Positions 47,860 to 62,103 are shown, counted from the stretch's first letter. The stretch: DNA of 64,000 nucleotides from Chlorokybus atmophyticus (GCA_009103225.1 RHPI01002262.1:675435-739434); one strand, 5' to 3'. The notes: generated by a model not told the origin, from the letters alone. A program made the numbers and translations.

Positions 47860-48594
47860 CACACTGCTTGCTGGTGTATGCTGCTGCCGTTGGCGTCGGC
47901 GGCGGCGGCGATCTCTCTCACTGTGTTGTGGCTGTTGGGGCTCATCTTGTGATGCTTAGTGTAAGTCTGCTGCTAGGTTTTCTTGATTACAGTGATACAG
48001 AGCAACTTTAGAAATTGTGAATAAAAAGGCATTGTTACCGACTTGTTTGGCGCCCCGGTGAGTGAAGGAGAGAGTTGGCATGAGCCGGTCAGTGTGTTGT
48101 GCTCAAAATTGGCACAAGCATACTTGATTGGTCAGAGAAACCAACTTTGCACATTAGGCAATGGTTGAGGTTTTTCATGCTAGTCCGCTGTTCCCAGACG
48201 TTTTGGCTTTTGGTTTAACGACAAGGGCTGATTGCGTGCGGATATGTGTTCAGTGTACACATTGCATCCCTGAAGAGGTCCTGTTGGCTGCATGCTCTAC
48301 ATACTACTCCTGTGCGTGCGCGCTTGCGCGAATTAGTTACAGCTGAATGCACAAGCTGCATACCCATGCGCGCGCATGCATGCCTGCGTGCTTGTGCGGT
48401 GTTTTGGTTTTCTCTGTGTGAACCGTACATGTGAAAGGCTCCTGCAGCTCTTACAGCGTAATACAGGTTCGTACAGGCATGAAGACAACACAGTGTCCAC
48501 TGCTGCCTCACAACTCTACCCTATGCGCATGTGCAGGATGTCTTTTTCAAGGCAATCACCACAACGACACCTCTCCTAAAGGCACAACATCACA

Positions 48595-50526
48595 ATGCCT
48601 CGGGAGATCATCACGCTGCAAGTGGGGCAGTGCGGCAATCAAATCGGCACAGAGTTCTGGAAGCAACTGTGTCTTGAGCACGGCATATCCAAAGAGGGTA
48701 TCCTAGAGGATTTTGCCACTGCGGGCGGGGGCGGCGACAGGAAGGACGTGTTTTTTTACCAGGCAGACGATGAGCATTACATCCCAAGAGCCCTGCTGCT
48801 GGACCTGGAGCCGAGGGTTATAAGCTCCATACAAAATGGCGAGTATCGCAACCTCTACAACCACGAGAACATATTCGTTGCCGAGCATGGCGGCGGGGCG
48901 GGCAACAACTGGGCTTCGGGCTACCATCAGGGTGAGACTGTGCAGGAGGACATCATGGACATGATTGACCGCGAGGCTGATGGCAGCGATTCCCTTGAGG
49001 GTTTTGTGCTGTGCCACTCCATTGCGGGCGGCACCGGCTCGGGAATGGGCTCGTACATTCTGGAGTCCTTGAATGATCGCTACGCGAAGAAGCTCGTGCA
49101 GACTTACTCGGTGTTCCCCAACCAAAACGAGACCTCTGATGTGGTTGTTCAGCCTTACAACTCGCTCCTGACTTTGAAGAGGCTCGCGCTCAACTGCGAC
49201 GCGACCGTTGTGCTTGACAACACCGCTCTGAACCGGATTGCTGTCGACAGGCTGCACATTCAGAACCCAACATTTGCGCAGACCAACTCGCTTGTGTCCA
49301 CGGTCATGGCTGCCTCCACCACCACCCTGCGCTATCCTGGCTACATGAACAACGATCTCGTGGGACTCGTGGCCTCTCTCATCCCCACACCCCGCTGCCA
49401 TTTCCTCATGACCGGCTACACGCCGCTGACTGTTGAGCGACAGGTCGGCACATGAGTTGTTGTTGGGTATCACTTGAGTTCTTGCAAGCATGTGGCATTG
49501 TACTCAAACCACTCTTTCACAATCATGCAGGGGGCGTCTGTGAGGAAAACAACGGTGCTGGATGTGATGAGGCGGTTGCTGCAGAGCAAGAACACAATGG
49601 TTTCTACGCAGGCAAAGAGCAAAGAGGCTAGCAAGGCGCGCTACATCTCCATCCTTAACATCATTCAAGGAGAAGTCGACCCCACTCAGGTTTGGGTCGT
49701 GGACGGTTGCCGGCTCACACGGTTGGGTCTTGGTCTACTATGTTATCTGCTCACCGTCTGTGGACACAAGGAGGTGTATCACGTTACTCTCGCCTCACAA
49801 CAGTATCTGTGCGCAGGTGCACAAGAGCTTGCAGCGCATACGCGAGCGCAAGTTGGCGAGTTTCATTGACTGGGGACCAGCAAGCATCCAGGTGGCGCTT
49901 TCGCGCAAGTCCCCGTATGTGCAGTCCTCGCACAGGGTAATCTTCACATGCAGGTTCTGCTAGTTTTAAGTAGGTTTAAGTTCTGTGGTCGCTTGAAATA
50001 CAGCTGCTGACAGGTGAGCGGCTTGATGCTTGCAAACCATACCAGCATACGACACCTCTTCACACGGTGTCTTGCGCAATACGACAAGCTGCGACGGAAA
50101 AAGGCCTTCCTTGACAACTACCAGAAACACCCCATCTTTGAAGTAGGCTGTGATTGTCCGTGTGCTTGTGCGTGTGTACATCACCAAGATCACGTTGTAC
50201 CCTGCTCTAGACTAACCGTTTTGAATGTGATGCGTATTCTGATTTCATTTCACTCTGCAGCATGACTTGAACGAGTTTGACGAGTCGAGAGAGATACTAG
50301 AGAGTCTGGCAGAGGAGTACAAGGCGTGCGAGTCTCCTGATTACATCAAGTGGGGCATGGAAGTAAGTGCTTTGACATGTATCTGTACTTTACAATGCCT
50401 CGCTGCTTGACTATCAGGCCAGGCAAGCGGCTGTTCACTGACTAACCACCATCACAGGACCGAAGCCGGCAGGCCAGCGACTCCGGCAACGCAGCTGGTT
50501 CTGTCAATGACCCCCGCATGCCATGA
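48595..50526 (+). CDS. TUBG1: Gamma-tubulin, six coding exons
   Basis: [18 protein letters not shown]...[12 protein letters not shown]...[13 protein letters not shown]...DVVVQPYNS. Exons at 48595-49443, 49531-49689, 49817-49936, 50014-50142, 50261-50362 and 50458-50526. Confidence 0.98.
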
Positions 50527-51018
50527 CCGATGTATAAACAACCTTATAGTCTACCTCATTATAGCAGCCTGTTGCTGCATTGTCGAAACTGCTCAACGGT
50601 TCAGCTGTGCGGCCAGTGTGGGCAGTAGTGGCTGAGCGTGCCCACACACTCGCGCTGCCACTGCTGCAAGTCTTCAACTTGCTGCTCATATGCATGTGTC
50701 TGTCTATGTGAGAAAGTAGCGGTTGCAGTGCAGCGCCTGCAACATGGCGCTTGTGTACAAAGATTGCAATGCGGTGATGTGCCAAGGCTTGGTGTCTGCA
50801 CACATACCACAGCAAGCTTACGAGGATTACCTATCACCGCGTGTGGACAGACGCAATGCCAGCTCGTACTCGAGGTATGGACGCCACACAGGCTAGTCCT
50901 GTACCTGCGCATGTGTCAGAACAATACAGCATGTCCATGTGAATTGTTGTCCGCCATTCGTGTGCCCAGCAAGTGGTCCACCAATCATAGGTGGCGTTGC
51001 ACCCATGCAATGTATGTT

Positions 51019-51125
51019 CAGCATTCATTGAAACTTGTCTGGCACTGGCACTTGACTGCATGTCAGTTGTCTGGCACTGGCATGCAGTCAAGTGCCAGTG
51101 CCAGACAAGTTTCAATGCATGCTGA
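51019..51125. other. Long inverted repeat with 44-bp arms (one mismatch) and a 19-nt loop
   Basis: CAGCAT(T/G)CATTGAAACTTGTCTGGCACTGGCACTTGACTGCATG and its reverse complement. The loop holds a third copy of TTGTCTGGCACTGG. Confidence 0.9.
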
Positions 51126-51247
51126 GCATACCCCTTATATCCATTCCCGCATTGCATACTTTGTACACCTCTACCACACGTGGGCAACCACCGGGCATAG
51201 CTACTTGCTCAGCACATATACTTCCCTACCGACACTATGATAACTAC

Positions 51248-51355
51248 CCCACCCTGTGGGCAAGTACGTGCATATATACCACAATTTATACCCTCTATAC
51301 CCACCCTATGGGCAAGCACGTGCATACATACCACAATCTATACCTTTTATACCTT
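51248..51355. repeat. About 53-bp tandem repeat
   Basis: CCCACCCT(G/A)TGGGCAAG(T/C)ACGTGCATA(T/C)ATACCACAAT(T/C)TATACC occurs twice. Confidence 0.75.
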
Positions 51356-53457
51356 CTATACAGAGGCCCTGTTGCATCTATGCTTTGCACAGAAACAGGG
51401 CCTCTGTACAAATAGTTATGTGCAAAGTCATGTGAATCGCAAGGCAGGGCATTGTTATCATCCTGCAGACGGGCTGCCACATCCCCGGCAGATCTGGTAG
51501 CCCAGCACTGATGAAATAATTGTTGTAAACTTGTGTATCGCTTTCAACCGATTGGCCATACCTAATGACCGAGCATATACTCGTAATATCTCCTGTGCAT
51601 AATGTTGTGACTGAGGTACAAGCTCATATTGCAAATACTGTGACTGCCAATAACAATGCATTGCGCTGTGTGCGGCACCCTACTCAGAGGATCAAGTACG
51701 AGTTGAACACTATATGGCAGTGGAGTGGAAGCCAGGACGGCGCATATGCAGCAGGCCTGGCTTCAAATCAAACCCATTCCTCAAGCGGGACAGCCCAATG
51801 TGGGCGTGCACTGCGTTGCGACAAGGAGGCCCAACCTGGTGAATGTGCAGGCCTCATTGAACTTCAAGGATGCGGAAATGCCTACATATGACCTAGGCTA
51901 GCTGTGGCAATTGCTCTTCTGCCTCCATTGCTTGTGTGCTGGCGCCCTCACGCGACGTGCTGCCGTTGATCAAAGCAGGTGCTCGTCCACCATACTTGAG
52001 GCTGCTGAAGTATTGCGTGGAGGTGCTTCACGCGACGTGGATCTACTTGACCATGCCCTCTGCGCTACTATCAACGACACACATCATTGCTCTCCTTCTA
52101 TCGCTTTCATACAGCCTGCCAAGGCCAACGTGCACTTGCCAGCAACAAACACAAAAATCCTTGCTGAGCAAAGAAAACATGTCATCAGCACCAAGAGAGG
52201 TATAACATGAAACTGTAAGGCCTCACCTGTGACAGCAACTGCTGCTTGTGACAGTCGCCTATAGCTATGCTCGCTTCAGCCAGCTGTGCTCGGTAGGTAC
52301 TTGAGTTTTCTGAGTCAAAATGGGCCAATGCCGGACGCGTCTGCTGCCTCACACTCACCAATCAGTGCATCCTCTTCACGAACTGCCGACTCAAATTTGC
52401 AAACTCTGAAACGCCCTTTGGTGTGAAATTGCTGACTCCCTTCGTGTCCTCTCTTTACATGTCTCTCTATCATGTATCATCCACCTACCATTGTGCAATT
52501 ATCAGCCACAGGAAGATACCTAATCTTTGACTTCTACAAGTTCTGTCCTGCTTTGCACAAGCACCAGCTCGCTACAGGCTTCCTGCTGCATTTTTAACTG
52601 TTATTAATTTGACTTGGAGTGGACTTCTATAGCTAGGTATGGGACGACAACACCGCGTTGAGTGCCAGCCATGCACATGCACATGCCATTATGTATGCGA
52701 AGGAGGCTTGGATGCTTCAGCAGAGGAAGTGCATTATAACATTGCATGCTGCAAGCCAACCAGCATGTGTGCCTTGGGCCCAGTTGCCAAGAAGAGTGCA
52801 CAGTGGGATGCATAGTTCACAATGATGAGAGCTAATGCAACATAAATAGCACCTTTGACATTTGTACCCGTGTGATAACATGTTTATGCTTAGATGCAAT
52901 ACCAAGCTGGTGCTAAAGTTCATGCACAAGCCAGGCTTGTTTTATGACCTGTGCATGCAACGTTGAACGCAAGCGCAGAATTACCTTGTTGTGGTATGTA
53001 CAAGACAGCGGATTGCAGACTAGACAGCTTGTGCCTCTGTAGTTTCATGCAAGTCTTAATGCAATGATCAATGAAAAGATTGGCATGTAGCAATGTCACG
53101 CAGGTGTGCATTGAGCTTGCTTCTGGGTGCTTGTTCGCAGCAATGCGCGTGCATATACACTGATGGGTCTACTGTATGCGCGAATGACTGCAAACTTCAC
53201 GCATAGGTATGCATTTCATGGTCACCGACAATAGGAAGCTCACGTTCGGCAAGTCACATCACCTCAAAAGCCATGCGCTTTATGCTAATTGGAACAGAGC
53301 AATTTTAATTGCAGACATTTGTGTTGTGACACACTGTAAACACCATACACAGTGGTTGAAGCAAGAATTTAATGGTGTTTAGTTGAATGTTTGGTTAGAT
53401 GTGCTTGGATACCTGTGGTCGCAATGCTCGTTGGGTGTGCCAGGTTGTCACAACCTG

Positions 53458-53518
53458 GCAATATCTGATCACAAATCAAGCCGCCTCGGTGGCGGCTTAA
53501 TTTGTGATCAGATATTGC
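53458..53518. other. Hairpin with a 28-bp stem (one mismatch) and a 5-nt loop
   Basis: GCAATATCTGATCACAAATCAAGCCGCC-TCGGT-GGCGGCTTAATTTGTGATCAGATATTGC. Confidence 0.85.
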
Positions 53519-54341
53519 TCCGGGCTTTTGGTCAAAATTCTGCAACAACTGCATTGCTATTGTACAACAAATCGAATGGCAACGGCGCTGTACACACTGG
53601 CAGTGTGGCAGGTAATGGACCGTGTCTGCGTGCAAGCTGACAGGGGTATGCGCTGTAGTATTCCGTCGATACATTAGTATGCAACATCGTCACACCAAGC
53701 TACGTACTGTCATCCCTGCCATCACTGCACAAGCATACTCACACGCATGCCAGCGGGATGCAAGCACGCCTACACAACTACACTGCCGCAGCCGCCAGCA
53801 CAGCGTCCGCTTCCGCCGTTGGCGCCGCCGTCGTGTAGTATTGGGTAGGTAGCTAGCTTGTATACATAGCCCGGTGGTTATACCAACGTTGTTCTTTTCC
53901 ATGTGGCGTGTGGCCTGCTGATACATGTGTTTTGTGTCATGTGAGTCACATGCACGTCATGCATAAAATTTACACATCCCAATCAAACCAAAATCTCTGT
54001 TTGACTAGCATATATTGCAATATACAACGCAAGGCGCCTGATATTGTGCCTTGGTGCAATGACACAGAAAGGTGAGCAGCTGTTGTATAGGTTGCAGCGC
54101 ATAGGCTGACAAAGCATGCATGACTCTGTCATACTGGTAATCACCGCACAATAGCTTTATTCCTACCAATCTATAGTAATCAAGTACAAAATCAAAAGGA
54201 TGGGTTGGTCCACATCGCCTGGTAGGCCAACACTACATCCCGCTAAGTATACGCTTGGCAGCCCCTAAGTGAGGTGAAAATTGAGCAACCCATCTACAAG
54301 ATCATCAGCAACCCATCTACACCACAAACTGAAAGGGAAGC

Positions 54342-56532
54342 CTACTCGGTGATGACAGACCCCGCGTTGATGGCGGCAGCGCAAGTGCGCGCATCGTTGC
54401 ACCGCCCATTCTTGAGCAGCTTGGCAGTGTCCGCGAGGAGGCTGAGCAGGTTGTCGGCGTGGCTGGGGCACGCCGCCGCCGGCTTCACGGTGCAGGTGCG
54501 GTACGACCCGAATGCACCGGTGCACTTGTTGATCAGAGCGGCAGTCAGCTCACGGCGAGCCTGGGCACAGGCAGTTGTCCCGCTTGCTATGCCCTGCAAG
54601 AGACGAGGTGTGAATCTGTTGTGTGCATGCACAGGGGTTGAGAGCACAATGGTGGTATGTTGCGTGCTGTCCAACAACTAGCATAGCTTACGCGCACGCA
54701 CACACACGCATGCGCGCACAAGCAAAGGCGCTTGAGAAACACACATGCACGAATGCGCACGATCTGACACACGGACACGCATACACACATGCCAGTATGA
54801 CCAATCACGTGGACTTGACCAGCTCAAGAAGGTGCATGTGTAATGCGCGGCCAGAGGCAGAGGACACATTACAACTGTTGCTTCGAGTCTCCTACCTGGC
54901 AGGTGGTGGAGACGCCGGAGATACCGTAGCGTGCCAGGTATCCATCCACGCACCTGGTGATCGGGCTGTCGAGGCACCTGTTGACGAAGGCGCTGGCGGG
55001 TTGAGGGTTGTTCTTGCATTGGCACTTGCCCACCACCACCTAAGGAGAACACATGTCAGTGTGCTTCTGTGTCCTTAATGCATGCATGTGTGCATAATAA
55101 CTACAGCGTGTGTGGTTAGTACCTTGGCGGTGACTGTTTTGAGCCCTCCACATGCGCTCGAGGCCGTGAAGGTAACTATCGTTGTGCCAGTCGGGAAGAC
55201 ATCAGGTGCGTTGTTGGAGACAGTCACCTCCTCCCCACAAGCACCTGTGTGCATGTGCATGTTTGAGTTTGAGTGTGTATGTGTGTGCTGGTGCAGGTGC
55301 TGGTGCTGGCAATGCAATGTTGGCATGAAGTGTTGCAGGGTATATCTGCCAAAAGTGAGTGTTCGTTGCTCACCTGAGGCCTTGACATTTGCAAGCCAGT
55401 TGCGTATGCGCGAGGCGGGAGTGCCATTGGCTTCAGAGCACGAGAGGGAGATGTTGCGTGGGACGGTGATGAAGGAAGGAAGCTGGAAGTTGGTGGTGGA
55501 TATCAACTGGAAGCAGGTGGCGCTCGCACCCGTGCTCAGCTCGAAAGCGCTCCAGGCCCTTGAAACCGTCTGCGACACGCCACACCCGGGCGTCACCGTG
55601 TCCACATAAGCCACACGGACGGCGCTTGTGTTGCAAACGACCGTCGGGAAGCCAGCTCCTGCAATAGAAAATTGATGGGTGCGTGCGTGTGCGAATCTCT
55701 GTGTGCGTGCGTGTGCTTCAGTGGGGAGTTGCGCACTTGTGTATGTGTCTGTGCGCTTGCAAATGCATTCACACGCACGTATGCGGGAAAAGTGAACTGT
55801 CTGCATGCGCACATGTGTGCATGTGTCTGGGTATGCATGCGTATGCGCACACTTGTATCTAAAATAGACAGCAGTGTTGTGATCTCATATCTAGCTTACC
55901 GCCTGCCGGGGTTGGGGTGGCATCCGGGCAGCTGAAGATGATACTGGAAGGGCAGCTGACAGAGAGGGTGCAGCTAGTCGGAGCGGGTGCTGGTGCGGGA
56001 GTCGGGGTTGGGGTCGGTGAGATCACCACAGAGTTGTTGAGCACAGTGATGCGCCCATCGTTGGTGATGCGAATAGGTGAATTCTGCCTGATGTACTCAG
56101 CGAGCACGTCCGCCAAGATCGCACCGTTGTTGAAGACGTATGGGGCCGCGGCAACGTCGGTGTGGTTGTCTCCACCACTGTAAGCATTTTATCAGTTAGA
56201 TTCTTAAAAGCTGCTGTTGTTATGTCATAAATGCTATAGCGATGCATGTTCACACATCTTGCACACGCGAACAATTGGCATCAACGCATGCAGTGCCACA
56301 ACCACTGAACTCTGGATAGTACAAGATCCTGCTTTGAGCCACAAGAACGCGCACAACATGTTGGCTTACCTGCCAACAAAGTCATTGGTGGCAACGTTGT
56401 ATAATTCGTTGTCGTCGAGAGGCACGAAAACACCATCAACACGAATCTGAACGGAAATGACGCGCGAGTATGCTGGCCGGGAGATATCAAAAGTGTACTT
56501 CAGGCCCGCAACCTGCGCTCACCCACGTGAGT

Positions 56533-56612
<80 letters not shown>

Positions 56613-56613
56613 N

Positions 56614-56697
<84 letters not shown>

Positions 56698-59600
56698 CAC
56701 CTGGAGGAAGCGGCCAGCAACAATCTCCCATTGGCCAACACCATTCTCGAGTGCGTTGCGAATCTGCTTGCCAGTCATGCGCTTCGCGACGACATAGTTA
56801 CCGAACGGGAACGCCGTCAACACCTGTTCACGCCTGATGGTTCCCGGCAGTATTGATGCGCGGATGCCTCCACCATTTGTGACAGCCACCTCAAAACGGT
56901 CCGTTGAGCTCCTGTACAAATGTCGCAATCACAACAATCAGCACTCTCAGCACAAGGCTGCCAACATGCACACACGATGTGCGTGGTCATTGTGCACACG
57001 CGCGAGCATACATATGCACAACACTCTGCAGACAACAATGCTGTACTTGAATGGTTGCAGCAGCGCCTCAGCAGACAAGTCCCCGAAGTTGGTCTCCCGC
57101 TGCCTAACCTGGTAATACATCCCAACACGAGTCAGCACGCGTGCACACATACATACATGATAAGGTGATCACACTGTCATGCAGCACCTGTGGCCGTTCA
57201 GCATCAAGCAGCACTTCAGTAGAGCCAAGCACTTCACCGGACGTGGCACGCACAGGGCCGGCGAGGGTCTCGATCAGAGCGTTGGTCTCCGCGTCCATTG
57301 CAACATTGTTGGAAGACCCACTGCACAAGGTGTTGAGACTTTAGGAGGATGTTTTACAAGTAACAGTTGGGTAACAGGTTGAGTGGTCAATGGACACATG
57401 TATGTACCTGCCACCCATGAGTATTGGTGCATCGGTATAGGTAAGAAGGTCTCCACTGTCGTCAAATGTGAGCGTGATCTTGCCCATGTACCGACTGGCA
57501 AAGAAAGCCTGTTGGAATGACACATGTAAGTGTATGTGTGCATGCGAGTGCACGCAATTATGTCTGCGTGCAGGAGTGCATATTTAGGCGCACACACAAA
57601 CACGTAAGTGCATGTGTGCCAATTGTGCGTGTATGCGTGCACATACGCGAATGTGTGCGTGCACGAGCGCAGATGAAGGTACGCTTAAGCACGTGTGCGA
57701 TGCGCGCGCGCACACATGCGTACGTGAAAGATAGTATATATGTGTTGTTGTGCGTAAGTGTATGCACTTGGTCGACCATCCATGCTTTCTTGACTGAACC
57801 AAGTACATCTATCAGCAATACTCACCTGGTAGATGGGAATCTGCTTGCCGGCTTCCACGTTAGATGCCACAACAGTCGGGTACCCGCCCGAAGATGTGTC
57901 CACAGCACCCGTGGCAGTGTTGAGCACAGGAGGAGACCCAGAGTCGAGGAATGTGTGGGAATGACCCCCAATGACCAGATCAATTCCAGGCACTTGGGGT
58001 GCGAGGGCCTGGTCTTCAGCGTAGCCAATGTGCGTCAGGGCGATGACGATGTTGACACCGTTGCTTTTCAGGTCCGCTGCGCATTTGGTGAGAGCGGGAA
58101 CGTAGTCGTTGAACTGCACAGTCGGGCCGCCGGAGGACGAGTATGCTGTCTCCGTCGTGGTCAAGCCGCACACGCCAACCTTGACACGCGTGGGACCAAC
58201 CTCGAATGTCGTTGAAGGGCGGATAAGACCTGGGCGTGACAAATGGGTGTATGTGACTGTAGATTGGTAACAGGTGTACCGTATGTGTGCACGTGTGCAT
58301 TTGCGCATACCGAGATATGCACTACATGCATGCGGTGGCGAACTGCACTCGTGCTTACAGGTCACCACTAAACAAAGACACAACATTCTCTGTACAAGCT
58401 CTCAACACGTGTACACCACTCCTGAGTACACCAAGACTTGTTCTCACTGCTGAGCACATACACGCGCGTTTCACAAAGGTTGTGGCTTAACAGAAGAGAG
58501 TATTCAGTATGTTGGAATGCGTTCTGTTGGACCATGGACCATGGACAGCATATGCGGCACAAACTCTCACCGCTAAGGGGAGAACCGGGGGTGACGTCAA
58601 TGTTGGCGCTGATGACAGGGAAAGCTTTGGCGCCCGTGGTGACGTTGCGGATGTACTGTGCAAGAACCTCGGGTCCCTTGTCAAACTCATGGTTGCCAAG
58701 CGTCTGCACAGCACCCAAGGAGTTGGTGCATGCATATTCATGCGAGTGCTCGTGGATGCATGCGTGCACTTGTGCATAGCTGTGCTTACATGACTTTATG
58801 CATGTGTGTGCGTGCACATGTTTGTAGACGCTTGTGTGAGCGCATACACCTGTGCATTGGCGTATACATGCTATGGTGTGTGCCAGTGTATGTGCATGCA
58901 GATACGTATGTGTGTACAAGTTTGTATTCCTGCGTGTGTGTGTGCAAGTGTGTATGTGGATGCGCACTTGCATGCATTCTTGTGTTAAATTTCTTGACTG
59001 TGGCATACCATAGCTTGCACACCAAGGAGTGGCTGGAAAGAGGCCGCTTCATAACCATTGTACGCAATGCTCCACAGTGTGCCTGACGTTAGAACCACAT
59101 GTTTATGGCACTCCAGTTCCCCGCATGCAAGGCTGCAACATGGAGCAAGAAACTGACACCAACATGTGACTTGCTCTCTCCAGGTGGAATGTTCTGTCAA
59201 CAAAACCGTACCTGTGAACTGGTCGCCGGCGTCGAGCACAAGCACAGGCTCAGTCGCAGCGGCCGTGATGTCCTTCGCCTGCCCACCAAAACAGTTGGTC
59301 AGTTAGTGCAGAAGCTAATGTGCAAATGGAAGTATTTCACAGCAGTCCATCAGCACGTAGATTGGTGGTAGACGCCCGCACGTAATAGTTCAGTGATACA
59401 GTGGTTGAAGAGGAATGGTTGAGTAGAGGACCAAACAAGTAGCAGACAGCAGTTCAGCATTGTTCACAGCACACACGCGCAGTAGCTAACAAGAGCGGTC
59501 ATTCGAATATATATATATATATATAGTGAACTATATATATATATATATATATATGTATATAGTTTACAAGAAACTGGTAGAGGCAAAACTAATTACTGTC

Positions 59601-60000
59601 AAGTACGCAGCAACACTGGCGAGTAAGGTAATTCACCCTTGTGTTCACCAAATCCAACTCACCTGATCAGTTAACAAGACTCAGTTCGGTACTAGCTGGA
59701 CACCTGAACTAGTACTACTTGATCACACCTTCCAGTGGTTTTTTCACCCTACAGTAGTAGTTGAAAGTGGTTATCACTCTAGTGAAGGCTTTGCACTCAA
59801 TGTACCTGTTGGACGAGGCGGGCGTAGCCGCCATAGCACAGACCGGCGTCGGCGGAGGCGGCGGGGCAGGCGTTGGCAGCCGAGTCGGCCTGCTCAATCC
59901 TGGCATGCACGTCGTTGATGTGCACGATCGTGAAGGTGAAGTCTGCCGCCGCTGGCGCCAGCACCAGCAGCAGCAGCAGGCAACAGCTGCTTAGAGCCAT
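54342..60000 (-). CDS. Secreted 5'-nucleotidase/apyrase (UshA/CD73 family) with C-terminal HYR-like and Cys-rich extensions
   Basis: Signal peptide MALSSCCLLLLLVLAPAAA. Metallophosphatase motifs HINDVH, DAGDQF, GNHEFD, LTHIG and GGHSH. C-domain motifs RETNFGD, NGGGIRA, FPFGN and GRFLQVAG. A PT linker follows, then VTVSNNAPDVFPTGTTIVTFTASSACG. Confidence 0.92.
56536..56694. repeat. (GA)n microsatellite in a nucleotidase intron, with an N at 56613
   Basis: Pure GA run. Confidence 0.98.
59508..59561. repeat. Interrupted (AT)n microsatellite
   Basis: Two AT runs separated by GTGAACT. Confidence 0.85.
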
Positions 60001-61120
60001 CTTTGGCCCCTTCGCCTAACCTTAGAGTCTGAGGTTTGGGCTTGGCAACCTCACCCACCTGGCTGTTGCCGCCAGCAACAAGCTAGAGGCGGAGGATGAG
60101 CACGGCGACGAGAGCAGCAAATACAAGAGCTATATGCGGGTGTGTGTCACTTCACTGTGTGGGGTCGATCGCTTGCATGTGTCCATGCAGCGGAGCTTTT
60201 GCTTGCACACAGGCGAACAATTCCGCGGCATGGTATGATGCTCTGTCGGTGCTTATGCTGACTGCGCGAAAGTTGTTCCGCGGCAGAGGAATCTCTGTGC
60301 TCGGTTGGTGACATACACTCATGCAGTGCATTGCATGCATAGTTGCGGGTGGGGACTCCCAACTGGGGAGAAAAACTTGCGGGCTCAACTTGAACCAAGG
60401 TCCCTCTCGCTGAATATTCGTAGCATAGAGGCGGCGCAGTGATTGACACCGCGCATGCCTCCACCGATCAGCCCCGTTTCATTGTGTAGGCCCTCACATG
60501 GTACCGTCCCTGAAGCCATGACACGTGCACGCCTTAACACGGCAGCCCACAAGTTGAAATTGTTCATTCGGTTCAAGTTGCGGGTATCATATCAGGATGC
60601 ATCAACCTTTACGGGTGCTAACAAGGTCTAGTCACAGTAGGATTGGTTGACATGATTTCAGATGGGTAACAAGGTTGTAACTCATCAGTTGTGAATGTAG
60701 CATATAGTCATAAACTTACATCACTACAATAGTCACTCTCAAAAAAAATAAAAGTATTATATGAACATCGTGTTATAAACATGAATTGTTATGGGGAGTT
60801 TATAAAAAGCGGTTATACATATCATATGTGAGAAGGCTTTTATTATCATGCATAAAACTTCTTAAGTATGAATCCGAAACATGGCATCGCGCCACGGTGA
60901 CGTAATGAAGGCTGTCATGTGCTATGTCTCATAGCACACGATGTCCTCTACGATAATATAAGATTAAAAGGTTGCGATAGTAATAACAATGCTCGTGTTG
61001 CGATGTGCAATATTACGCCATATGACATCATATGCCGGCATATTGATTGCTGTGACACCATATGGTATGATATGGAATGGTATGGTGCGATGTCGCAAGA
61101 CATGTCGTGTGTTCCTTGTT

Positions 61121-61235
<115 letters not shown>

Positions 61236-61485
61236 NATGACAGAACCGGTTGATTTACGTTGCTGAGATAATACACTTACACCAAACACCACAGCATACG
61301 TACATCTATGAAGTTACACCCAATACAGTTACACCACCAATATGCACCCACCTGTATCATATTGACACCAAAGCATGGTGTCGCACAAACTGTCCAACAC
61401 ACATGGTGACCTACACAAACAATAGCCAATTTCACTCTATTTTCTTTTTTTAATTGGCAAAACCGCTACCACTACGTCGGCGCGC

Positions 61486-61803
61486 CTAAAATGCTTTAAA
61501 CCTTGCTGGGTTGCCTTCATCCATATTGTAACCTTTGCACCCTCGAGAGTCGTATTGGGCGATATACCTAGCTTCTAACCAATCTATTCGCGCCTTGCAA
61601 TGTCCTTCATCTAAGACTTCCAACTGCACTTGCTCTTCAAAAGGCTTACTGCTATCTAAGTTAGGCAACATTTTCTTAGGTGGGTGTTTACAAGGTTCCT
61701 TATAACGCCGACCTGGGTGGCTACTTTGACCGATATATACTTTCTGTGTTGCCACATGCGTCAACTTGTAGACAAACTTCACACCTTTGTTTATGGGTTG
61801 CAT
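61486..61803 (-). CDS. GIY-YIG endonuclease (I-TevI/viral-like)
   Basis: FVYKLTHVATQKVYIGQS...RRYKE...LEVL...WLEARYIAQYDS...GYN. The frame extends upstream to about 61890. Confidence 0.8.
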   Translation of the reverse strand: MQPINKGVKFVYKLTHVATQKVYIGQSSHPGRRYKEPCKHPPKKMLPNLDSSKPFEEQVQLEVLDEGHCKARIDWLEARYIAQYDSRGCKGYNMDEGNPARFKAF

Positions 61804-62103
61804 ACGTTTTTTGAGGTACGTGCAGAGGCCCTGATGTTGGTGTTGGCATTGATGCTGTTTCTTGCTGCCGAGGATCGCAGGATCATCTGGACCTCATTGT
61901 TTACCTGCAAAGAACAATGTTACTATGAATGTTGCAGTACACATTCGAGAATGATGTTGAATATGGTGACATATATGTGTAGCGAAGTAGAAGCAAGGAA
62001 ACAGACAACGGGTAAAGGATAAGAAGCAAGGGAGCCAATGCAAAAGCAGAAGTGTAACAAAAGATGGAATGACTACATGGGTTCTGACTTGATGTGCCGA
62101 TTG

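Noticed and set aside
48703-49491. 262-aa minus-strand ORF
   Set aside because: It is antisense to gamma-tubulin exon 1.
51890-53830. Possible small minus-strand gene between gamma-tubulin and the nucleotidase
   Set aside because: Some splice-like signals are present, but there is no coherent multi-exon ORF or recognisable domain.
56470-56928. ER- and SL-repeat ORFs
   Set aside because: They are translations of a (GA)n microsatellite in an intron. The same applies to 60948-61292 and 10104-10703.
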